Shown here: in pieces, positions 1-11,384 of the stretch
Position numbering within the stretch: the stretch's first letter is position 1
Layout of the letters: every line of letters starts with the position of its first letter
Assembly: GCA_038087875.1 (NCBI GenBank)
Contig: JAXLNO010000385.1
Location: 1,302,001 to 1,366,000, forward strand
Reading direction: 5' to 3'
From: Malacoraja senta
Taxonomy: Eukaryota
Length of the DNA: 64,000 nucleotides
The notes under the pieces: generated by a model
What the model saw: the letters and a program-made list of their open reading frames with translations, nothing else
What the model was told of the DNA's origin: nothing
Databases searched by the model: none
Translations under genes and position numbers: made by a program

Positions 1-97
1 GTCTTGCATTTGTAGTTACGCCCACTAGCTTGTTAGCGTCGCGGTCTGCTGCATTCCGTTAGTCTTAAATTGAACTCCTAAGTGAGAAGTTGTAGTG

Positions 98-173
<76 letters not shown>

Positions 174-186
174 TCTCTCTCTCTCG
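98..186. repeat. (CT)n microsatellite
   Basis: Direct run of CT dinucleotides with a few interruptions. Confidence 0.95.
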
Positions 187-608
187 CACTCGTACTCATA
201 TTCATTCATTAATTAATTCATTCAACTCGAACTCTATCGCGAACTCGATCTCGAACTCGAACTGTAACTCGAACTCGAACTCTATCTCGAACTCGAGTTC
301 GAGTTGGACTTGCGGGCGGAGCACCAAGGCAAATTCCTTGTATGTGAATACTTGACCAATAAACGTATTCATTCATTTATTCATTCATTCAACTCTCTGT
401 CGAACACGAACTCTATCTCGAACACCATCTCGACCTCGAACTCTATTTCGAACTCGAGTTTAAGTTCGACTTGCGGGCGGAGCAACAAGGCAACTTCCCT
501 GTATGTGAGTACTAGGCCAATAAACGTGTTCATTCATTCATTCATTCATTCATTCATTCATTCATTCATTCATTTCGAACTCGAGCTCGAACTTGATCTC
601 GAACTCGA

Positions 609-1336
609 GAAAAACTGTTTATGGAAAGACAGGGTGGGTATAATTTGAGAGGGGAAAATATTTTTTTAAAAACTCAATGTCAGAACAACTCTTAAAATTA
701 TGTGCATAGCAATCTGTGGGGTGAATTTGTGGAATGGTCTGGAACAGGAGATAAAGCTTAGCACAAACATAATTCAGTTTAAAAAGATGTACAAAAACAC
801 TTTTTTAAAGGATATTGGGATGAGGATAGGTGATTGTGAGTGGGATATTTGTTATACTGATGGTATCAGGAAGGGTGATTATAGGGTGATGGGTTGTATA
901 TATGACTAAGGGATACTGTATAGTACATGAGGGTTATGGGCTGTATATATGACTAAGAGATACTGTATAGTATATGAGGGGTTTTTCTTTTCTTTTTCTT
1001 TTTTTCTCTCTTTTTTTGTATGGCTTTGTAAATATTTGATTAGTGTATAAATGTACATAATTTGGTGTACATATAGCTGCTGGTGTACATATGGTGTACA
1101 TATAGCTGCTAAATGTGTATACGATAATTATAAGCAGTTGAATAAGGAGGTGGGAAATAATAAGCTTTGGCTTCTTCCTGCTCCTCTTCGGACACATACG
1201 ATTTCATTTATTTATAGATATTGTTTATGACACTTTATAAATATTCTTGGTTTTTTTTTGTATGCTGTTTCACACTTGCTTTTTATTCTTTTATTCTGTT
1301 CGAAATAATGAATAAAATAAAATATAAATAAAATAT
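609..1336 (+). mobile_element. 5'-truncated non-LTR retrotransposon 3' end (CR1 group; Crack/Daphne/L2-like)
   Basis: Translation across frames gives YNLRG...VRTTLKIMCIAICGVNLWNGLEQEIK...FKKMYK, a typical C-terminus for this group. A 3' UTR and an AATAAA-rich tail follow at ~1310-1336. Confidence 0.7.
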
Positions 1337-2825
1337 ACTCAAACTCGAACTCGAACTATCTCGAACTCGAACTCTCTCTCGAACTTTCTCTCGAACTCGA
1401 ACTCTCTCTCGAATTTTCTCTCGAACTCGAACTCGATCTCGAACTCGATCTCAAACTCTATCTCGAACTCGAATACGATCTCGAACTCGTTGGAGTTCGA
1501 TTTGCTGGCGGACCACCGAGGCAAATTCCTTGTTTGTGAATAATTGGCCAATAAATGTATTCATTCATTCATTCATTCATTCATTCATTCAACTCGAACT
1601 CTATCTCGATCTCGAACTCTATCGCGAACTCGATCTCGAACTCGAACTGTTTATTGAACTCGAACTCTACCTCAAACTCGAACTATCTCGAACTCCAACT
1701 CTAACTCCAATTTTATCTCGAACTCGAACTCGAACTATCACAAACTCTATCTCTAACGAACGTACTCGAATTCGAATGAACTCGAACACGGATTAGAACT
1801 CGAACTCGAACTCGTACTCTATTTCGAACTCGAGTTGGAGTTCGACTTGCTGGCGGACCACCGAGGCAAATTCCTTGTATGTGAATACTTGGCCAATAAA
1901 TGTATTTATTTATTCATTCATTCATTCATTATTTCATTCATTCATTCATTCATTCATTCATTCATTCATTCATTCGTTCGTTCACTCAACTCGAACTCGA
2001 GCTCGAAATCGAACGAACTAGAACTCGAACTCTATCTCGAACTCGAATTCGAACTAACTGTATCTCGAACTCTATCTCGAAATCTCTCTCTCTCTCGAAC
2101 TAGAACTCGATCTCGAACTCGATCTCGGACGAACTCGGTCGAACTATATCTCGAACTCAAACTCTATCGAACTCCAACTCCAATTCCAACTCGAACTTGC
2201 ACTCGAACTATCTCGATCTCTTTCAGAAACTCTATCTCGACCTCGAACACTATCTCGAACTCTAACTCTCTCGAACAATATGTCGAAATCAATCCCGAAC
2301 TCGAATTCCAACTCTATCTCGAACTCGATGTCGAACTCGAAATTGAATTCGAACTCGAACTCGAATTCGAACTCTAACTCTTTCTCGAACTCGAATTCGA
2401 ACGAACTCTATCTCGAACTAGAAAATAGAACTATATCACGAACTCGAACTCTCTCGAACTCGAACTCCTACTCCAACTCGAAATTGAACTCGAACTCTTG
2501 CACGAACTATCTCCAACTCGAAGTCGAACTCGAACTCGAACTCGATCGCGAACTAGATCTCGAACTCGAACTCGATCTCCAACTATATCTCGAACACTAT
2601 CTCTAACTCGAACTATCTCGAAGTCGAACTCTATCTCGAACGCGAACTCTACCTCGAATTCGAGTTTGATTTCGACTTGCTGGCGGAGCTCCAAGGCAAA
2701 TTCCTTGTTTGTGAATACTTGGCCAGTAAACTTATTCATTCATTCATTCATTCATTCATTCATTCATTCATTCATTCATTCATTCAACTCGAGCTCTATC
2801 TCAAACTCGAATTCTTATCTCGAAC

Positions 2826-3635
2826 GTGTGCTGTCTGCACGCAGTAAGTGGCGGCGCTGTTGAACAGCTGCGGCTCGCCTGCAGTCCGTCTGTTTTTACT
2901 TTTATGTTGTTGTTTTATTTTGTCCTGTTTTAGTTAAATTTTATTTTTGGGTTGTGTATGTGGGGGTGGGGGGGTGAAACATGATTTTTGTCTCTTCCTT
3001 CGGGGGAATGCGACTTTTTCTTGTCGTATCCCCCTTCTCTGCCTCCGTCTGCGCTGAGGCCTAATGGCGGAGCTGGCGGCCTCCAACTGCGACCGACCTC
3101 GAGGCTCCGGAGGCAGAGCCAGGACTTACCAACGCGAGGCTGGCCAACTTCGGGGCTGCGGTGGCGTTCCGGCGGTGGCGACCAAATTTACTGGTGGCGA
3201 CCTGAATCCGGGGCTCGGCCGCGGCTGGCCCAGTGGACGACATCATCGGGAGCTCGCAGGTCACAGGTGGGTGACCTGGTATTCCGGAGCTCCCGCAACT
3301 ACAGCTGCGTCTGCTGGACTGGAGGGCGGCAGCTTTGGCAGCTTCGGTCATCCCGGGCCGCGGAGTTTGAACCGGCCCGTCGCGGAGCACGGATTCAGCC
3401 GCGGGACTGACTTACCATCACCCGGCGGGGTCACAACATCAGAAGCCTGGATCGCCTCAGCGCAGAGGGAAGAACAAAGAGGGAAGAGACAGAGACTTTA
3501 AGACTTTTGCCTCCATCACAGTGAGGAGGTGCTTGGTGAACTCACTGTGGTGGATGTTAATTTGTGTTTATTGTGTGTTTTGCTATTTATTATTATATGT
3601 ATGACTGCAGGCAACGAAATTTCGTTCAGACCGAA
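2826..3635 (+). mobile_element. GC-rich non-coding interspersed element, probably a non-autonomous retroelement (SINE-like)
   Basis: Sharp boundaries within the satellite and no recognisable protein. It ends in a T-rich UTR-like tract and GAAATTTCGTTCAGACCGAAA, which resembles LINE-type 3' tails. The family assignment is inference. Confidence 0.5.
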
Positions 3636-3969
3636 ATCTATCTCGAACTCGAACTTGAATTCGATTTAGAACTCGAGTTGGAGTTCGAGTTACGGGCCGA
3701 GCACCAAGACAAATTCCTTGTTTGTGAATACTTGGCCAATAAACGTATTCATTCATTCATTCATTTAACTCGAACTCGAGCTTGAACTTGAACGAACTCG
3801 AACTCGAAATCGAACTCAAACTCAATCTCGATCTCGAACTCGAACTCCCACTCGAACTCGTACTCCATCTCGAACTCGATCTCAAACTCGAGTTCGAGTT
3901 CGACTTGCGGGCGGAGCACCAAGGCAAATTCCGTATATGTGAATACTTGGCCAATTAATTAATTAATTA

Positions 3970-4105
3970 ATTCATTCATTCATTCATTCATTCATTCGTT
4001 CATTCATTCATTCATTCATTCATTTATTCATTCATTCATTCATTTATTCATTCATTCATTCATTCATTTATTCATTCATTCATTCATTCATTCATTCATT
4101 CATTC
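3970..4105 (+). repeat. Expanded (ATTC)n tail of one satellite unit
   Basis: About 135 bp of nearly pure ATTC repeats, the longest such tract in the window. Confidence 0.95.
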
Positions 4106-4432
4106 AACTCGAACTCGAGCTGGAACTCGAACTCGAACTCGAATTAGAACTCGAACTGTATCGCGAACTACAACTCCATCTCGACATCGAACTCTATCTC
4201 GAACTCGAACTCGAATTCGAACTCGAACGTACTCTATCTCGAACTCGAACTCTATCTTGAAATCGAAATCTATCTCGAACTCGATCTAGAACTCGATCTC
4301 GAACTTTGTATCGATCTCTCTGTCGAACACAAACTCTATCTCGAACACCATCTCGACCTCGAACTTTATTTCAAACTCGTTGGAGTTCGACTTGCGGGCG
4401 GAGCACCAAGGCAAATTCCTTGTATGTGAATA

Positions 4433-7400
4433 TATATATATATATTTTTTGAAAATATTTTTTATTGGAGATAAGTACACAACATATTATCATCATTTCC
4501 AGTCTTACATTTTTAAATTGATAATATTGTCAATTATTATTGCATTGTCTCCAATACCTTTTGCCTTTTTTTGTTTTTTTTTAACTAGATAGAACTAAAA
4601 AGATAGATGAAGTAAAGAAAGAAAAGAGAAAGAAAAAACAGGACCAAAAAAAAAAAAAAAAGAAAACAGAAAAGAAAAAGACAGTTAAAGAAGAATGGTA
4701 ACATTTATTAAGATAAAAAACTTCGTTCGAGATATATTCGTACATTTCAGAGTATAACATTTCATCCATTCTTTAGCCCGAGTGTTAGTCAGGTTCCTGT
4801 GCTGAACCATTCTGACCCTTTAAATAATCAATAAAGGGAGACCATGTTCCAACGAATAATTCCTGTTTGTCCAACAGGGAAAATCTGATTCTTTCCACAT
4901 TTAAGGTCTCCGTCATTTCTATAATCCACATTTTGATTGTGGGGGTTATAGGGCCTTTCCAAAATTTTAGAATTAATTTTTTTCCCGTTATTATACTATA
5001 ATCAATAAAGTTTCTTTGTGTTGTTGTAAATGTTTGATTTAATTCTAATGTTCCGAGTATTATTACTTTTGGATCCGGGTCCAATTGTGTGCTGGTCACT
5101 TTAGATATTATACTGAAAATATTTACCCAGAATTTTTTAATTTGTATACAGTTTGCAAACATATGAGATAAGTTAGCTTCTAAATGTTGGTATTTATCAC
5201 ATATAGGTGAGATATGTTGAAAGATTTTATGTAATTTTGTTTTTGAATAATGTAACCTATGTACTACTTTAAATTGTATTAAAGAATGTCTGGCATTTAA
5301 TGAACATTGATGTATGTGTGGTGAACTTTCTTCCCAAGTATCTTTCGTTATTATTTGATTTAATTCTTTTTCCCATGTTTGTCTGTGTAAGTCCGTCGAT
5401 GGAATGTCACTGTCTAATAAAATATTATATATATAAGATATTAATTTTTCTGTATTAGGATGTTTATTCCAACATTCATCAAGAATTTCTGAATTTCTAA
5501 TTCGAAAATTTTGAGTATTCGACTTTACATAATCTCTGAGTTGAAGATACCTGAAAAAATCATTTCCTCGAAGTCCATAAGTCTGTTGCAACTCCTGAAA
5601 TGTAAGAAAAGTGCCTTCCTTGTAAAGTTGTCCCATATTTTTAATTACATAATTCTTCCATTGTGTAAAACCCCTGTCCAACCATGAGGGTTTAGACAAA
5701 GGGTTATTCACAATTCGAAGAAAAAGTGATAAGTTATCTAATTTTAATGTGTTTTTTAATTGTTTCCAAATTCGTATAGCACTAAATATTATAAGGTTTT
5801 CCATATAATTTTTTTTGTTTAATTTAGACGTAGCAAATAATATCGAGCCGATATCAAATGTAAACAATCTTCCTTTTCCATTTTTAACCAATCTGGTTGT
5901 TGATCTATTTCTTCCAACTAGAAATTCATATTTTTAATATTAACTGCCCAAAAATAAAACAGAAAGTTTGGTAAAACCAAGCCTCCATTTATTTTTGATT
6001 TACACAAATGTCTTTTGTTTATCCTATGATTCTTATAATCCCAGATAAAATCATTAACAATGGAATCCAATTTTTTTTTAAAGTATTTGGCAAATATATC
6101 GGAATTGTCTGAAAAGGGTATAATATTTGCGGTAAAAAAATCATTTTAATGGCATTAATTTTGCCAACCATTGAGATAGGAAGTGTTTTCCAATATTGAA
6201 TATTCTTATGTAGTTTGTTCAGTAATGGGGGGAAATTTGCTTTGAATAATGATGTATATATCTTAGTTACGTAAATGCCCAGGTATTTGAATTTTTCGTT
6301 TACTATTTTAAATGGAAATGGTTGTATTATCTGTTTGTTGTGTTCCCTTATTGGCATAATTTCACTTTTATTCCAATTTATTCTGTATCCTGAGAGTGAA
6401 CCAAATTGGGTTATTAGCTTTAATAAGTTTGGAATACTAATTTCTGGTTTTGTAATGTAAATTAGTACATCATCTGCGTATAGAGAAATTTTATTCACTG
6501 TATCCTTTGTGTTATACCCATGTATTTCCGGATGACCCATAACTCTTTCTGCGAGTGGCTCAATAGCAAGCGCAAATAATAATGGAGATAACGGGCATCC
6601 TTGTCTACAACCTCTAGATAGGCTGAATTTAGATGACAACCTTTGGTTTGTTAATATTCTAGCCATAGGGTTTGTATATAACAGTTTTATCCATGTGCAG
6701 AATTTCTCCCCTAGCTGCATATTTTCCATCACCGAAAATAAATAGGACCATTCAACCTGATCAAAAGCTTTTTCAGCGTCAAGTGAGATTATTGCTAGAT
6801 ATTCATTAATAATTCTCTTAGAATATATAGTATTAAATAATCTTCTTAGATTATAATATGAGTACCGTTTCTGAATAAAGCCTGTTTGGTCAGGGTGTAT
6901 TAATTTATTCATCACTGTACTTAATCTATGCGCGAGTATTTTAGTTAATATTTTCTGATCTGTATTTAAAAGTGCAATTGCTCTATATGATCCCGGATCT
7001 TCCGGATCTTTATCAACTTTAGGAATAAGTGTTATTATAGATTCATTTAAAGTATCTGGAAGTTTCTGTTGAGTATAGATATGCTCATACAGCCTTTGTA
7101 AACGTGGGGAGAGCAAGTCATAATTTTTTTTATAGAATTCAGTGCCTAAACCGTCTGGTCCTACTGCTTTACCATTTTTTAAAGAGCCAATAGACTCTTC
7201 AATATCCTTTATCGTAATCTCCCTTTCTAATAATTCTCTATCGTTTGAGTCTAAACCTTTTAAATTACATTTTAGTAAATAAATCTGCTATTCCTTCTGG
7301 TTGTACTACAGTTTTAGTTGAATAAAGATTATGATCGTATTGGAGAAATCTCTCGTTTATATCCTTGGGCATTTTTAATAATTCTCCTGTATCTGTTCAA

Positions 7401-8995
7401 ATTTTATGAATTATTTTTTCCCCTTCCATTTTTCGTAACTGACGTGCTAATAGTTTTTGTGGTTTGTCTCCAAACTCGAAATGTAATTGTTTGGTTTTTT
7501 GATAAAGTTTTATTACTTGTTCTGAATACATTTTGTTTAATTTATATTGCAATACAGCAATTGTATTATGTTTTAAAATAGATGGCATTCTCGCATTTTC
7601 TATATCTAGTTGCTTGATTTCCCTTTCCAATGTTTGTTGTTTAATCCTGTTCTCTTTATTTTAAAATACTTGGGCAGAAATTAATGCACCTCGAACAAAC
7701 GCTTTAAACGTTTCCCACATAAGAGAAGTAGGTGTGTCAGGGTTGTCATTTACCTCAAAAAATATTTGAATCTGATTAATAAGATATTCCTGGCATGATC
7801 TTTCGTTCAAAATTTGTGGGTTAAATCTCCAATATGTTTGTTTCTCGGACATTCCATTTAATTTAATCATGAATGTTACAGGTGCGTGATCTGAGATTAT
7901 AATATTAAGGTATTTTGAGTTGTAAGTAAATGGGATAAACGTGGAGTCAACTAAAAAATAATCTATTCTTGAGTATGTTTTATGTACTGGTGAGTAAAAT
8001 GAATATTCCCGTCCAGTTGGATTTTCAATTCTCCAGACATCCTTAATATTAGTGGTATTAATAAATGAATTTAAAAATACACTTGATTGAGATTTTACTT
8101 TTTTTTGCCTTGATGATCTATCTAAGTATGAATCTAATGTGCAATTGAAGTCTCCTCCAATTATTAATTTATATTGTGTAAATTCAGGAATAATATTAAA
8201 TGTTTTATTAAAAAACATAGGGTTATCAAAATTAGGCCCATATACATTAAGAAGAATCACTTTTTCTCCATTTAACTCTCCAACTAATATAATATATCTT
8301 CCATCAATATCCGCTATTGTTGATGAATGCGTAAAAGGTATTCCTTTACGAATTAATATTGCAACTCCTCTGGACTTATGGGAAAAAGAGGAATGATATG
8401 ATTCAGCGATCCACTTAGCTTTACGTCTATGTTGAGATTCCTTTTTAAGGTGTGTTTCTTGAAGGAATATTATATCTGTTTTGATTGAATTTAGATGTGC
8501 CAAAACTTTACCTCTCTTAATTGGTTCATTGATTCCCTTAACATTCCAACTACAAAATGTTATTCCCTCTCCCCCTCTTGTCATAGTAACATCTTGCATA
8601 TTGTTTCTAAGGTGGTCTATAACCGAGCAGAAGGTGCAACACATAAAACCTGACCCTGCTCCCGAACCTCAAATAGATGAATTTTAAATAATATACATCG
8701 CTCTTCCGAACACCTCCTTGAATTAGTCTTGTTGTTCCATTCAAACATTAAGTTATAAAAATATTTAAAGTGAAAAAAGTGATAGAATTGGTTAGTATAG
8801 GATGAAAGAAAAAAAACTACATCTACAATTAGTGTAGTTAGTGATAGCCACACTAACGTGGCTAGAATTCTAAAGACTTCCGTAGCCTTTGTAAAAAAAA
8901 ATCCCAGCTCCGTGCCCGAGAAAAAAAAAAGAATATTTCTGACAATCAATTAACTTCTTTGGGAGTAGCAAACATATATATATATACACATACAT

Positions 8996-9026
<31 letters not shown>

Positions 9027-9729
9027 CCCATATGCATACATATATACGCACATATCCATGCAGAAAAGTCCAAAAACAGCATAAATTCACAACGTTATTA
9101 TTCTCTACATACCGTATTAATATCTTCGCTAAATCTATAAATTTAATTTTAAATTGAAAAATAAAGAGAAAAACCGTCAAACCTTATTATGACGTAGGCT
9201 GAATTACCTCTTGCACATATTCCTATAGAATATATGTATGTAACTCATTTCTACGTTAACCAGAGACTGTTAGTTATTAATCATTGTTATCAATGATACC
9301 CAGTATTACATTTTTATGAGTAATATAAATGTTAATAATTTTAGTAGTAATATAGATATTTAATACGTATTAGTAGTTACATATATAGTTAGATATGAAT
9401 ATACTAAATAGTAATAGTGATTAATAACAATTGGTCATAACTATGATATTATTGTTCTTAGAGTTTATACTAAAAATAAAAAAAGATAAAAAAATAAAAA
9501 ACCACGGTTTTCTCCAATGTCCATCGTCCATTTCGGTTTTCGAATGTCCTTAAAGCTCTTAAAAGAACTTTAAAGGTCCTTTTAGATCTGGCGAATTCCC
9601 GTTAATCCTTGACTCCTGAGGAGTATTGTAAATTCTTCAGTCTGCGGTCACGTTCTCGATTTCTTTGGCAAAATCCAGTGCTTTTTCGTGGTCTGTAAAA
9701 AATTGCTCCTTCTGCTTATGGGTGACTCT
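4433..9729 (-). mobile_element. LINE-1 copy A, 5'-truncated in ORF1, inserted in a satellite core
   Basis: Contains the ORF1 C-terminus (RVTHKQKEQFFTDHEKALDF, ~9640-9729), an ~1 kb AT-rich spacer, ORF2 and a 3' UTR with an A/TA tail. TSD TATGTGAATA at 4423-4432 and 9730-9739. Confidence 0.93.
4785..8599 (-). pseudogene. L1 ORF2 (APE endonuclease, reverse transcriptase, C-terminal zinc knuckle), frameshifted
   Basis: Motifs SWNVKG, LQETH, GDFN, SRIDY, SDH (endonuclease); LDAEKAFD, RQGCPLSP, YADD (RT); CDK..H.F..C. Split over several ORFs. Confidence 0.93.
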
Positions 9730-11384
9730 TATGTGAATATTGGCCAATAAATTTATTCATTCATTCATTCATTCATTCACTTAACTCGAACTCGAGCTCG
9801 AACTTGAACTCGAACCCGAACTCTATCTCGAACTCGAACTCTGTCTCGAACTCGAACTCTATCTCAAACTCCAACTTCAACTCCAACTCCAACTGCAACT
9901 TGAACTCGAACTCTATCACGAACTCTATCTCTAACTCGAACTCGAACTCTCACTCGAACTCGTACTCTCTCGGATCGCGAAATCGAGTTCGAGTTCGACT
10001 TGCGGGCGGAGCACCAAGGCAAACACCTTGTATGTGAATACTTGGCCAATAAACATATTCGTTCATTCATTCATTCATTCATTCATTCAGTTAACTCGAA
10101 CTCGAGCTCGAACTTGAACTTGAACTTGAACTCGAACTCGAACTCGAACTCTATCACGAACTCTATCTCGAATTCCAACCCCAATTCCAACTCGAACTTG
10201 AACTCGAACTCGAACTTGAACTCGTACTCTATCTAGAACTCAAACTATCTCGAACTCGAGTTTGAGTTCGACTTGTGGGCGGAGCACCAAGGCAACTTCC
10301 CTGTATGTGAGTACTTGGCCAATAAACGTGTTCATTCATTCCTTCATTCATTGAATTCGATCTCGTGCTCGAACTTGATCTCGAACTCTAACTCTAACTC
10401 TAACTCGAACTCTATCTCTCTCTCTCTCTCTCTCTCTCGAACTTTCTCTCGATCACGAACTCGATCTCTAACTCGCATTCTATCTCGAACTCGAATTCGA
10501 ACTCGTACTCTATCTCAAACTCGAACTCTATGACGAACTCTCAATCGAACGAGAACTCGATCTCGAACTCGAACTGGAATTCGAACTCGAACTCGAACTC
10601 TATCTCGAACTCGAACTCGATCTCTAACTCGAACTATCTCGAAGTCGAAATCTATTTCGAACTCGAACTCGAACTCGAACGCGAACTCTATCTCGATTTC
10701 GAGGTTGAGTTCGACTTGCGGGCGGAGCATCAAGACAAATTCCTTGTTTGTGAATACTTGGCCAATAAACTTATTCATTCATTCATTCATTCATTCAACT
10801 CGAACTCTATCTCGAATTCTAATTCGAACTCGAAATCTATCTCGAAATCTCTCTCGAACTCGAACTCTATCTCTGGCTAAAACTCGAATTCGAACTCTAA
10901 ATATCTCGACCTCAAACTCTATCTCGAACTCGAAATCTACCGAACTCGAACTCCTACTGGAACTCGAACTCTATCTCGAACTCGAACTCTATCTCGAACT
11001 CGATCTCGAACTCGAGTTCGACTTGCGGGTGGAGCACCAAGGCAAATTCGTTGTATGTGAATACATGCCCAATAAACTTATTCATTCTTTCATTCATGCG
11101 TTCAGTCAACTCGAACTCGAACTATCTCTAGAACTCAAACTCAAAATCTATCTTGAACTCGAACTTTATCTCCAGCTAAAACTCGAATCCGAACTCGAAC
11201 TATCGCGACATCGAACTTTATCTCGAACTCCAAATCTATCTCGAACTCGAACTCGAGTTGGATTTCGACTTACGGGCGGAGCACAAAGGCAAATTCCTTG
11301 TCTGTGAATACTTTGCCAATAAACATTCATTTATTCATTCATTCATTTAGCTCGAACTCAAGCTCAAACTTGAACTCAAAGCTC

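Noticed and set aside
1..98. Possible element terminus next to (CT)n (minus strand begins CACTACAAC, CACTA-like, or a microsatellite-targeting Tx1 5' end)
   Set aside because: Only 98 bp are visible, with no partner terminus or coding sequence to support either call.
2988..3501. GC-rich ORFs as host exons
   Set aside because: Overlapping ORFs on both strands with no recognisable domain, as expected by chance in GC-rich DNA.
8973..9050. TA/CA-rich tract as a separate element
   Set aside because: It is a simple microsatellite inside the spacer of L1 copy A.
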